Assembly (NCBI GenBank): GCA_032718475.1
Contig: JAUCBJ010001273.1
Coordinates: forward strand, 1 to 61,147
Length of the DNA stretch: 61,147 nucleotides
Direction of reading: 5' to 3'
DNA from: Nemertoderma westbladi
Taxonomy: Eukaryota; Animalia; Xenacoelomorpha
Below are positions 48,401 through 59,304 of the stretch, one piece after another (position 1 is the first letter of the stretch; each line of letters starts with the position of its first letter). Position numbers and translations under genes: made by a program. The notes beneath the pieces were generated by a model that did no database searches, was not told where the DNA came from, and saw only the letters and a list, made by a program, of their open reading frames with translations.

Positions 48401-51400
48401 ATAATGAATTATTATATTTAGGGTTTTACGAAGAGACTTTTGATACATTGTTACGATTCGTGGATCAGCAGAGCCACTTAATCTCCGAACTCCGCAATTC
48501 TTTTACGAGCTGGTACGACCATTACCGATCTACTCAAGTCGGACACTTTGTGGGCGCTGTTCTCGATAAAGTTGTGTCTATTGCTGGTCGTCTAGAACAG
48601 AAAGCGGTATGGGCTTGGAAATACTTCGAGATTGGAGGTTAGTAGCCAAGTAAATACATGGTTAGTGAGGGACACGAATACGTAGATGGGACAATTATAG
48701 TTAGTTAGGCGCGTGATTTAAAAACTCCTGGACAAAAATTTATTTGAAAAGTTGATTTAAGGTATAAAGAAATACACAGTTTTAGGTACATAAACACAGT
48801 GATTAGTAAACCATGAACTTTTAGTCTAGTACTAAATTGTTAACTAATACGAACGCAGTTAGGCATAATTATACATAGTTTATACACATTTAGTGTAAGT
48901 TAGGCACTCGAAATAAAATTACAGAAGGATCTCAGAAACCATACATTATTGATCCATATAACCGTAATCATTTGAATTCCTCGATATACTTTACAGATTC
49001 CCTAAGAGATGTGTACATCAGTTACCGACATCTTCCCTTCACTTTCGACGGATTATTTAAACTCGACTACTCAGTTACTAGTGACAAACCCGGAGACACT
49101 CAATGGACCCTTCGTATTCCGGAATCAATCCGGTTGCTATGGAAAAGCCGTTGCCCCTACGCAGCACTTACAAGAACCTTCAAGGTTGGTGAACCTCTGC
49201 CATTAGTAACTCTTTATTGATTGTTAGTCTTAGTTTTATTCAATAAAATATTTAATTAAGTTACAAACCCAGATTAACTGCACTCTATATTTTATTTATC
49301 TACCCGGATTCCTTCGGTATATATATTTTTTTTAAACTATCCAGGTGCTCAGAGCTCTCCGAACATTCATTTCTCTCTCCGATCTGACTTTACCACATCC
49401 CGCCCACGCCACCCTTATTGGAGGAACCACTTTCGTGACTTTCGATAAAAATTTCTACGAATTCGCCGGTGACTGCAGTTACCTCTTGGCCAGGGATTTC
49501 ATTGACGGCAACTTTACCGGTGCGTTTATTTTATGAGCGAATATTAAATATTGTTGAATTTTTGAAGACTTATGCTCTTGAACATCTTAAGCTATAATTA
49601 TGAACCGTAAATATAAATAATAAGAATTATTATGTTCCATTTATTTGTTCTAAACTGAACATTTTACATTGTAGTTATGGTAAATTATGAGCGCGGACCC
49701 TCTACAAGGAAGACATTGACTGTAATATCTAATGATGCTTCGTTCGAGATTACACCAGAAGGAAGGGTTACCCAAGATAATAAACACATCGAGTTGCCTA
49801 TCCAACATCGGAACACCACGATCAGACGGCTGAGTAACACCGTTGAGATAAAGAACATCTACGGTGTCGATATCAGTTGCATGTTGGAGCAGGATATCTG
49901 CCAGGTGAGATAAATCATAAGATATCTGCCAGGTGAGATAAATCCTAAGATATCTTTTGCCAAGTGAAATCAATCATAAGATATCTTTTGCCAAGTGAAA
50001 TCAATCATATGTCAAGTGGTTGGGTCAATTATTAACAGTAATTTATCAATTATTTCGTACGAATTGTTTCCTAGGTATCCGTTTCTGGGTGGTATTTTGC
50101 CAAAACTGGAGGCCTACTGGGAACATTGAACAACGATAAATCAGATGATTGGATGGTGCCGAACCACCAGGTCACCAAGGACGTCCGCCAATTCGCTAAG
50201 GGTTGGGAGTTAGGCAAAAAATGTGTATCGCCTAATAAGGTTGCAGTAAAATGTCCGGAAACCGACCAATCAGTGAAGGAATGCTCTGCTTACCTAAAGG
50301 AGAAATCCTCACCCCTGAGGTGAGACATTTACCTTTTAATTATCATATCCCAGACTCTATATATAAATATACGTATTATTAGCTCAAACAAATATTAAAA
50401 TGAATATAAATTTATTAATACTCAAATATTTATTTACTTCCATATTTTCTTAAACCGTACATCAAAATGCATCAATGGACTTTATTTTTCCTTATAGATA
50501 TGGATTCTGGAAAGTAGACCCAACTCCTTACTACCAGATGTGTCTGAACAACTTCTGCCGCAACACCAAATCAGTTTGCGATTCTATAACTGCCTACGTT
50601 GTTGATGCTAAGCAACACAATGTTGAGATGGAGGTCCCAGCTGAATGCGGTGAGTAGTTTGCAGGCCTACATATTAATTAGAGCAATTGAGTATATGATC
50701 ATTGAACATGGAGTAACTTTCGTAACACCAATAATATATTGAGTTAATTATTATTTTAGTTTCATGCAATCCGCGACAAGATATTTCGTTACACGCCGGT
50801 GAGACAGTCAGACTCGCCGATAAACCGCTATCTTCAGCCGACTATATTGTTGTTGTTGAAGAGAAAACTTGTAACAATCGGATTACAAAATTCCTACCCA
50901 ACATGGTAGCTGGACTGGATGCCACACTGCGTAGTCAAGGTAGGTGGTCACCTAGCAACCTAGTTCCCCATGACCGTAGTCTAGGTAGCTAATCTAGCAA
51001 CATAATTCACGGCTTACCTAGTCATTATTCGAGTTAGGTGGTCTATCAATATCGCAAAGTGGTTAACTATGAAAATTATAAGCATAATCGGTAAGATTTA
51101 TTCTTTTAACTATTCAAGCAAACAGTCGGCCGAGGCCGGAGGCGACCCGAAGGCTCCTCTTTCGGTAGCTGCTACCCAAATGTAAGGGTGAGCGCTACTC
51201 CTATTTGCTACCCGAAGGTAGGGGTGGGCGCTACTCCTATCTGCTACCCGAAGGTAGGGGTGGGCGCTACTCCTATCTGCTTCCCGAAGGTGGGGTGGGC
51301 GCTACTCCTATCTGCTACCCGAAGGTAGGGTTGAGCGCTACTCCTATCTGCTACCCGAAGGTAAGGGTTGGCGCTACATCTATCTGCTACCTGAAGGTAG

Positions 51401-54400
51401 GGGTGGGCGCTACTCCTATCTGCTACCCGAAGGTAGAGGTGGGCGCTACTCCAATCTGCTACCCGAAGGTAGGGGTGGGCGCTACTCCTATCTGCTACCC
51501 GAAGGTAGAGGTGGGCGCTACTCCAATCTGCTACCCGAAGGTTGGTGTGGGCGCTACTCCTATCTGCCACTCAAAGGTAGGGGTGGGCGCCTTTCCTATC
51601 TGCTACCCGAGGGTAGGGGTGGGCGCTACTCCCATCTGCTACCCGAAGGTAGGGGTGGGCGCTACTCCTATCTGCTACCCGAGGGTAGGGGTGGGCGCTA
51701 CTCCTATCTGCTACCCGAAGGTAGGGGTGGGCGCTACTCCTATCTGCTACCCGAAGGTAAGGTTGGGCGCTACTCCTATCTGCTACCCGAAGGTAGAGGT
51801 GGGCGCTACTCCAATCTGCTACCCGAAGGTTGGTGTGGGTGCCTTTCCTATCTGCTACCCGAGGGTAGGGGTGGGCGCTATTCCTATCTGCTACCCAAAG
51901 GTAGGTGTGGGCGCTACTCCTTTCTGCTTCCCGAGGGTAGGGGTGAGCGCTATTCCTATCTGCTACCCAAAGGTAGGGGTGGGCGCCACTCCTATCTGCT
52001 ACCCAAATGTAGGTGTGGGCGCTACTCCTATCTGCTACCCGAAGGTAGGGGTTGGCGCTACACCTATCTGCTACCCGAAGGTAGGGGTGGGCGCTACTCC
52101 TATCTGCTACCCGAAGGTAGGGTTGGGCGCTACTCCTATCTGCTACCCGAAGGTAGGGGTTGGCGCTACACCTATCTGCTACCCGAAGGTAGGGGTGGGC
52201 GCTACTCCTATCTGCTACCCGAAGGTAGAGGTGGGCGCTAGTCCAATCTGCTACCCGAAGGTTGGTGTGGGCGCTACTCTTATCTGCCACTCAAAGGTAG
52301 GGGTGGGCGCCTTTCCTATCTGCTACTCGAGGGTAGGGGCGGGCGCTATTCCTATCTGCTACCCAAAGGTAGGTGTGGGCGCTACTCCTTTCTGCTTCCC
52401 GAGGGTAGGGGTGAGCGCTACTCCTATCTGCTACCCGAAGGTAGGGGTGGGCGCTACTCCTATCTGCTACCCGAAGGTAAGGTTGGGCGCTACTCCTATC
52501 TGCTACCCGAAGGTAGAGGTGGGCGCTACTCCAATCTGCTACCCGAAGGTTGGTGTGGGTGCCTTTCCTATCTGCTACCCGAGGGTAGGGGTGGGCGCTA
52601 TTCCTATCTGCTACCCAAAGGTAGGTGTGGGCGCTACTCCTTTCTGCTTCCCGAGGGTAGGGGTGAGCGCTATTCCTATCTGCTACCCAAAGGTAGGGGT
52701 GGGCGCCACTCCTATCTGCTACCCAAATGTAGGTGTGGGCGCTACTCCTATCTGCTACCCGAAGGTAGGGGTTGGCGCTACACCTATCTGCTACCCGAAG
52801 GTAGGGGTGGGCGCTACTCCTATCTGCTACCCGAAAGTAGGGGTGGGCGCCACTCCTATCTGCTACCCAAATGTAGGTGTGGGCGCTACTCCTATCTGCT
52901 ACCCGAAGGTAGGGGTTGGCGCTACACCTATCTGCTACCCGAAGGTAGGGGTGGGCGCTACTCCTATCTGCTACCCGAAGGTAGGGTTGGGCGCCACTCC
53001 TATCTGCTACCCAAATGTAGGTGTGGGCGCTACTCCTATCTGCTACCCGAAGGTAGGGGTTGGCGCTACACCTATCTGCTACCCGAAGGTAGGGGTGGGC
53101 GCTACTCCTATCTGCTACCCGAAGGTAGGGTTGGGCGCTACTCCTATCTGCTACCCGAAGGTAGGGGTTGGCGCTACACCTATCTGCTACCCGAAGGTAG
53201 GGGTGGGCGCTACTCCTATCTGCTACCCGAAGGTAGGGTTGGGCGCTACTCCTATCTGCTACCCGAAGGTAGGGGTTGGCGCTACTCCTATCTGCTACCC
53301 GAAGGTAGGGTTGGGCGCCACTCCTATCTGCTACCCAAATGTAGGTGTGGGCGCTACTCCTATCTGCTACCCGAAGGTAGGGGTTGGCGCTACACCTATC
53401 TGCTACCCGAAGGTAGGGGTGGGCGCTACTCCTATCTGCTACCCGAAAGTAGGGGTGGGCGCCACTCCTATCTGCTACCCAAATGTAGGTGTGGGCGCTA
53501 CTCCTATCTGCTACCCGAAGGTAGGGGTTGGCGCTACACCTATCTGCTACCCGAAGGTAGGGGTGGGCGCTACTCCTATCTGCTACCCGAAGGTAGGGTT
53601 GGGCGCCACTCCTATCTGCTACCCAAATGTAGGTGTGGGCGCTACTCCTATCTGCTACCCGAAGGTAGGGGTTGGCGCTACACCTATCTGCTACCCGAAG
53701 GTAGGGGTGGGCGCTACTCCTATCTGCTACCCGAAAGTAGGGGTGGGCGCCACTCCTATCTGCTACCCAAATGTAGGTGTGGGCGCTACTCCTATCTGCT
53801 ACCCGAAGGTAGGGGTTGGCGCTACACCTATCTGCTACCCGAAGGTAGGGGTGGGCGCTACTCCTATCTGCTACCCGAAGGTAGGGTTGGGCGCCACTCC
53901 TATCTGCTACCCAAATGTAGGTGTGGGCGCTACTCCTATCTGCTACCCAAATGTAGGTGTGGGCGCTACTCCTATCTGCTACCCGAAGGTAGGGGTTGGC
54001 GCTACACCTATCTGCTACCCGAAGGTAGGGGTTGGCGCTACACCTATCTGCTACCCGAAGGTAGGGGTGGGCGCTACTCCTATCTGCTACCCGAAGGTAG
54101 GGGTGGGCGCTACTCCTATCTGCTACCCGAAGGTAGGGGTTGGCGCTACACCTATCTGCTACCCGAAGGTAGGGGTGGGCGCTACTCCTATCTGCTACCC
54201 AAAGGTAGGGTGTGGGCGCTACTCCTATCTGCTACCCGAAGGTAGGGGTGGGCGCTACTCCTATCTGCTACCCGAAGGTAGGGGTGGGCGCTACTCCTAT
54301 CTGCTACCCGAAGGTAGGGGTGGGCGCTACTCCTATCTGCTACCCGAAGGTAGGGGTGGGCGCTACTCCTATCTGCTACCCGAAGGTAGGGGTTGGCGCT

Positions 54401-57400
54401 ACACCTATCTGCTACCCGAAGGTAGGGGTGGGCGCTACTCCTATCTGCTACCCGAAGGTAGGGTTGGGCGCCACTCCTATCTGCTACCCAAATGTAGGTG
54501 TGGGCGCTACTCCTATCTGCTACCCGAAGGTAGGGGTTGGCGCTACACCTATCTGCTACCCGAAGGTAGGGGTGGGCGCTACTCCTATCTACTACCCGAA
54601 GGTAGGGTTGGGCGCTACTCCTATCTGCTACCCGAAGGTAGGGGTGGGCGCTACTCCTATCTGCTACCCGAAGGTTGGGGTGGGCGCCACTCCTATCTGC
54701 TACCCAAATGTAGGTGTGGGCGCTACGCCTATCTGCTACCCGAAGGTAGGGGTGGGCGCCTTCTCCTATCTGCTACCCGAAGGTAGGGGTGGGCGCCTTC
54801 TCCTATCTGCTACCCGAGGGTAGGGGTGGGCGCTACTCCTATCTGCTACCCAAAGGTAGGTGGTGGGCGCTACTCCTTTCTGCCTCCCGAGGGTAGGGGT
54901 GGGCGCTACTCCTATCTGCTACCCGAAAGTAGGGGTGGGCGCCACTCCTATCTGCTACCCAAATGTAGGTGTGGGCGCTACTCCTATCTGCTACCCGAAG
55001 GTAGGGGTTGGCGCTACACCTATCTGCTACCCGAAGGTAGGGGTGGGCGCTACTCCTATCTGCTACCCGAAGGTAGGGGTGGGCGCTACTCCTATCTGCT
55101 ACCCGAAGGTAGGGGTGGGCGCTACTCCTATCTGCTACCCGAAGGTAGGGGTGGGCGCTACTCCTATCTGCTACCCGAAGGTAGGGGTGGGCGCTACTCC
55201 TATCTGCTACCCGAAGGTAGGGGTGGGCGCTACTCCTGTCTGCTACCCGAAGGTAGGGGTGGGCGCTACTCCTATCTGCTACCCAAAGGTAGGTGTGGGC
55301 GCTACTCCTTTCTGCTTCCCGAGGGTAGGGGTGAGCGCTATTCCTATCTGCTACCCGAAGGTAGGGGTGGGCGCTACTCCTATCCCTTGTTTTGCTCCCA
55401 GTAATTTAACTGTTACTCATTTTATCGACCCCAGTTGATGAAAGACTGAGTGGACCCTGGCGGGGCTGAACCTACAACCAATAGAATGCAGGCCAGGCGC
55501 TCACCAACTGAGCCACCCCGCTTTCCAATTTTTACTATTAATTGAATTTTATTTTCCAGGAATCGAGAATAACCGGTTTGGATTGGTTGGTTTCGGTGGA
55601 GACGGAATTCACTCGACCCCCCACATTCACACTATCGATGGAGAAATATTCGGAAGCGGAAGAAAATTCCAATTGGGTTAGTATCCATTAGTGTAATATA
55701 GAAATGGTTTTGTTAGGATAACAGAAAAATCGTATAATTATTGAGCTCTCATTTGGCCACTTAGGAAAACTGATTGAAAGGTTTATTGTGAAAGGTTATC
55801 TATCGTTGACCGTAAAAACTTTCCTTTCGGAATGAGCCTAAAAGATATTCCATTTTCATTCAAAAGTTAAAAGTCACTATTAATTATTATACTCGACATA
55901 AAGTGTTAACCACTTTATATTTATAATATTAATTCGCTTTTTTTCACCCAATTGTTTTTTCCCAGGTGTGGAATTCCTCGACTTCTCATCTCAGTACGGA
56001 GAATTCAACGACAGCATGGCGGCAGTAACCTTCGCTACCCAGTATCCATGGAGACCGGAAGTGAGTAAGAATATTATCCTGGCGACCTGCACTCCCTGCG
56101 TTAAGTCGGAAACCTGCGCTAAACGAACGCAACGAATCCTCGATGTTAAAGACATCACCCTCCACAGTCTATCGGAACTCAGGTGAGTTTCCGATGACAA
56201 ACAAGTTTATTTGTTTATTTAACGAAAGTTATAAAACTACCCTAAATAAATTACTTATAACTAACATATATGCAGAAATCAGCAACATCATAAACTTTGT
56301 CTTTATAAATAGTATCAGGTTAAATACTTTTACTGAAGACTTTTCCTCACCCAACACTCCGCCACGTCGCACACGGGTTCCACCATAAACTCAGCACATT
56401 TTCCAACCCTTTCCACGAACACTCAACGAGCTGCGTAAGTACCACTCTACCACTCCCTGGATTACCCCCCCCCCCCCCCCCCCCCCCCCCCACTCAATGC
56501 TAACATCACCATAACTTAATATAACTAAAATATATTATGTTTGAATTTCATTTATTAACATTAGTTTTTATTTCAAATGTAACAATTATTTTCCCAATAA
56601 AATAATATTACTAAATATCTAATAATACATCGATATTCCTTTGCTTTTAATAAATATATTATATTAATCGATCTAATTATATTTGTTTCAGTTTCTCGGT
56701 GAAGGATAAAGTTCCAGGAACAGTTTTCGGTCTCGATAAGAAATCTGTTTACACCAGCAAAGACGTTGGAGATATTTATATTAGAGGCAACCCAAATATT
56801 CGTTCGCACGTCGATCCCAAACTAGACATGTGAGTATCCGACACTGCCAATCTAGACATGTGAGTATCCGACACTCCCAAACTAGACATGTGAGTACCCG
56901 ACACTCCCAGACTAGACATGTGAGTATCTGACACTCCCAGACTAGACATGTGAGTATCCAACATTCCATAACTACACATGTAGGTATCCGACAGTCCAAA
57001 ACCAGACATGTGAGTATCTGACACTCCAAAACTAGACATGTGAGTATGCGACACTCCAAAAGCAGACATGTGAGTATCCGACACTTCAAAACCAGACATG
57101 TGAGTATCTGACACTCCAAAACTAGACATGTGAGTATGCGACACTCCAAAAGCAGACATGTGAGTATCCGACACTCCAAAACCAGACATGTGAGTATCCG
57201 ACACCCCAAAACCAGACATGAGAGTATCGAACACTTCAAAACCAGACATGTGAGTATCCGACACTCCCAAACTAGACATGTGAGTATCCGACACTCCCAA
57301 ACTAGACAAGTGAGTATCCGACACTCCCAGACTAGACATGTGAGTATCTGACACTCCCAGGCGAGACATGTGAGTATCCGACACTTCAAAACCAGAAATG

Positions 57401-59304
57401 TGAGTATCCGACACTCCAAAACTAGACATGTGAGTATCCGACACTTCAAAACCAGACATGTGAGTATCCGACACTCCAAAACTATACATGTGAGTATACA
57501 ACACTCCCAAACCAGACATGTGAGTATCCGACACTTCAAAACCAGAGATGTGAGTATCCGACACTCCAAAACCAGACATGTGAGTATTCGACACTCCAAA
57601 ACTAGACATGTGAGTATCCGACATTCCCAAACTAGACATGTGAGTATCCGACACTCCAAAACCAGACATGTGAGTATCCGACACTCCAAAACCAGACATG
57701 TGAGTATCCGACACTCCAAAACTAGACATGTGAGTATCCGACATTCCCAAACTAGACATGTGAGTATCCGACACTCCAAAACCAGACATGTGAGTATCCG
57801 ACACCCCTAAACCAGACATGAGAGTATCCAACACTTCAAAACAAGACATGTGAGTATTCGACACTCCCAAACTAGACATGTGAGTATCCGACACTCCCAA
57901 ACTAGACATGTGAGTATCCGACACTCCCAGACTAGACATGTGAGTATCTGACACACCCAGACTAGACATGTGAGTATCCGACACTTCAAAACCAGAAATG
58001 TGAGTATCCGACACTCCAAAACTAGACATGTGAGTTTCCGGCACTTCAAAACCAGACATGTGAGTATCCGACACTCCAAAATCAGACATGTGAGTATCCG
58101 ACACTCCAAATCCAGACTTGGGAGTATCCGACACTCCCAAACCAGACATGTGAGTATCCGACACTCCCAAACGAGACATGTGAGTATCCGACGTTCCAAA
58201 ACTAGAGATGTGTGTATCCGACACTCCAAATCTATACATGTGTGTATCCGACACTCCAAAACCAGACATGTGAGTATCCGACACTCCAAAACCAGACATG
58301 TGAGTATCCGGCACTCCAAAACCAGACATGTGAGTATCCGACGCTCCAAAACTCAGACATGTGAGTGTCCGACACTCCAAATCTATACATGTGAGTATCC
58401 GACACTCCAAAACCAGACATGTGAGTATCCGACACTCAAAAACGAGACATGTGAGTATCCGACGTTCCAAAACTAGAGATGTGTGTATCCGACACTCCAA
58501 ATCTATACATTTGTGTATGCGACACTCCAAAACCAGACATGTGAGTATCCGACACTCTAAAACCAGACATGTGAGTATCCGACACTCCAAAACCAGACAT
58601 GTGAGTATCCGACACTCAAAAACCAGACATGTGAGTATCCGACGTTCCAAAACTAGACATGTGAGTGTCCGACACTCCAAATCTATACATGTGAGTATCC
58701 GACACTCCAAAACCAGACATGTGAGTATCCGACACTCAAAAACGAGACATGTGAGTATCCGACGTTCCAAAACTAGAGATGTGTGTATCCGACACTCCAA
58801 ATCTCTACATTTGTGTATGCGACACTCCAAAACCAGACATGTGAGTATCCGACACTCCCAAACTAGACATGTGAGTATCAGACACTCCCAAACCAGACAT
58901 GTGAGTGTCCGAGACTCTCAGACTAGACATGTGAGTATCCGACACTAGACATGGAGTATCCGACACTAGACATGTGAGTATCCGACACTAGACATATGAA
59001 TTGCGCTTAAGCTGAGGGAACTAACAGGATTTACTACCCTTATTGTCTACCCGCGGTTGGGTAATATTAATGTAGATGAAATGTCTGATTACATTATCTC
59101 CACTGAATTATCTGTTATTATAGATGTTCCTCTGTTGCTATGGAGACCGACGGTGCCGCTTTTGATACCCGGATGCTTAGAAACAAACAATTCGTCGACG
59201 TTTTCAACAGAAGGGCGGTAAAAACCTCGAAACCACCGCGATGCGAAACCTGCCGATGTCTCCAGGACGACTACGCAGGGCGGTTGGATTGCCGACGATG
59301 TTAA
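19680..59304 (+). CDS. Apolipophorin/apoB-type large lipid transfer protein (vitellogenin superfamily), 41 exons, 17,253 nt CDS, about 5,750 aa
   Basis: Hand-spliced exons, all GT-AG with consistent phase: 19680-19782, 20157-20317, 20506-20736, 21136-21282, 21392-21578, 21869-22121, 23378-23555, 23668-23916, 24081-24311, 24886-25045, 25777-25912, 26168-26318, 26453-26590, 26839-27032, 27195-27408, 28536-28635, 28933-29093, 29213-29403, 29692-29945, 30216-30484, 31209-31343, 32312-32410, 33771-43892, 44195-44319, 44465-44609, 45589-45770, 46753-46930, 47113-47309, 47504-47693, 48123-48255, 48422-48637, 48997-49184, 49345-49519, 49675-49904, 50075-50319, 50498-50649, 50760-50939, 55560-55676, 55966-56182, 56692-56829, 59124-59304. 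Signal peptide MGTTRLLIVLAVIGCALA. LLTP motifs WVINIKRGIISSLQ, EVDVTGSCPTLY, ALKAFGNAG, DSELRIAAF and QVSSFVWT. Confidence 0.92.
22162..23264. mobile_element. Non-autonomous DNA transposon (Harbinger-like) in LLTP intron 6
   Basis: Inverted termini CCGGTTTCTCA / TGAGAAACCGG, with many subterminal CACTTAA / TTAAGTG repeats at both ends. Confidence 0.65.
24289..24752 (+). repeat. 37-bp minisatellite (about 12.5 copies) derived from the exon 9/intron 9 junction
   Basis: Unit TACGAACAAGGGAGGTCGATCAG|GTGGGTAACTCTGT, with junction positions every 37 nt from 24312 to 24719. Confidence 0.95.
25300..25776 (+). repeat. Degenerate AT-rich tandem repeat of about 28 bp ending at the intron 10 acceptor
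   Basis: The unit is approximately TATTATATTATAACTTTATTTCTTTCAG. The last unit is the real acceptor, GTAACTTTATTTCACACAG|. Confidence 0.75.
27465..28385 (+). repeat. 29-bp minisatellite (about 25 near-perfect copies plus a degenerate 5' flank) in intron 15
   Basis: Unit ACTTGTGTAAGTTTATAAACAATACTTTT. Confidence 0.95.
28536..32410 (+). CDS. LLTP exons 16-22: DUF1081-like region and start of the extended beta region
   Basis: GLKMCGEMSYSNAS..SPFFPLTGP and FDTPGATKDRK are the conserved apolipophorin DUF1081-type motifs. Confidence 0.85.
30561..30919 (+). mobile_element. 5'-truncated RTE-like LINE fragment in LLTP intron 20
   Basis: Highly similar to 2520-2878, with a TAGTAGTAG tail and a candidate target-site duplication AGAAGGT (30556-30562 / 30918-30924). 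Confidence 0.85.
31477..31982. mobile_element. MITE with 17-bp TIRs and a probable nested insert (about 31605-31900)
   Basis: TIRs GGGGGGACTGGACGCAA / TTGCGTCCAGTCCCCCC. Relative to 18729-18930 it has an extra block of about 300 bp bounded by GTGGGGCG / CGCCCCAC. Confidence 0.7.
33771..43892 (+). CDS. LLTP giant exon 23 (10,122 nt, 3,374 aa) of Cys-pair beta-rich repeats
   Basis: Uninterrupted ORF with acceptor TTTTACAG|GGA at 33770/33771 and donor AAG|GTTAAT at 43892/43893. It is in phase 0 with both flanking exons. Confidence 0.92.
37839..40000 (+). repeat. In-frame internal duplication, offset 1,233 nt (411 aa)
   Basis: QEKGDF..TCWTTN..SSLYHDIEF..SDCSS occurs from 37839 and again from 39072. 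About 900 nt are nearly identical. Confidence 0.95.
40500..42213 (+). repeat. In-frame 342-nt (114-aa) tandem repeat, about 5 copies
   Basis: SNVLQRDN starts at 40713, 41055, 41397, 41739 and 42081. Confidence 0.95.
45952..46182 (-). pseudogene. Inverted 231-bp copy of the end of the giant exon (43557-43787) inside intron 26
   Basis: The reverse complement aligns without gaps. I count 14 substitutions, including CAT>TAG (stop). Confidence 0.95.
46377..46641. mobile_element. MITE with TIRs of about 23 bp (TA-flanked)
   Basis: TATGGGTGAGTACAAAACAAAGA / TCTTCGTTTTGTATTCACCCATA. Confidence 0.75.
49345..50649 (+). CDS. LLTP exons 33-36: VWD and C8-like domains
   Basis: FVTFDKNFYEFAGDCSYLLARDF, VSGWYFAKTGGLLGTLNND and VDPTPYYQMCLNNFC. 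Confidence 0.92.
49893..50009 (+). repeat. 28-31-bp tandem repeat (4 copies) derived from the exon 34/intron 34 junction
   Basis: GATATCTGCCAG|GTGAGATAAATCATAA occurs twice, followed by two decayed units. Confidence 0.85.
50760..59304 (+). CDS. LLTP exons 37-41: C-terminal VWA-like domain and Cys-rich tail
   Basis: SADYIVVVEEKTCN, GIENNRFGLVGFGG, YPWRPEVSKNIIL and the terminal CETCRC..CRRC*, as in invertebrate apolipophorin-type C-termini. Confidence 0.85.
51115..55528 (-). mobile_element. tRNA-derived SINE whose body is expanded by an internal minisatellite
   Basis: Minus strand from about 55525: Pol III box A TGGCTCAGTTGG, box B-like GGTTCAGCCC, then the central block GGTCCACTCAGTCTTTCATC..GGTCGATAAAATGAGTAAC (recalled as a Meta/Sauria-type SINE core). 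The array follows, then a structured tail at 51168-51115. Candidate TSD TTTTAACTATT (51104) / TTTTTACTATT (55529). Confidence 0.75.
51169..55384. repeat. 36-bp GC-rich minisatellite, about 117 copies, in intron 37
   Basis: Unit CTGCTACCCGAAGGTAGGGGTGGGCGCTACTCCTAT, with higher-order blocks of variant units. Confidence 0.97.
56816..58995 (+). repeat. 30-bp minisatellite, about 71 copies, derived from the exon 40/intron 40 junction
   Basis: Unit CCCAAACTAGACAT|GTGAGTATCCGACACT. The first unit overlaps the last 14 nt of the exon (..DPKLD). Confidence 0.97.

Noticed and set aside
51205-55438. 1,193-aa and overlapping ORFs of (CYPKVGVGATPI)n / (GRYSYLLPEGRG)n
   Set aside because: Translations of a 36-bp minisatellite that is open in several frames with arbitrary frame switches. 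It lies inside an intron whose flanking exons join in frame.
55455-55525. tRNA gene on the minus strand
   Set aside because: It has A and B boxes but no complete cloverleaf, and it runs into a SINE core, so it is a SINE head.
56776-58948. 684-aa and other repeat ORFs on both strands
   Set aside because: Products of the 30-bp intronic minisatellite, with no coding signature.
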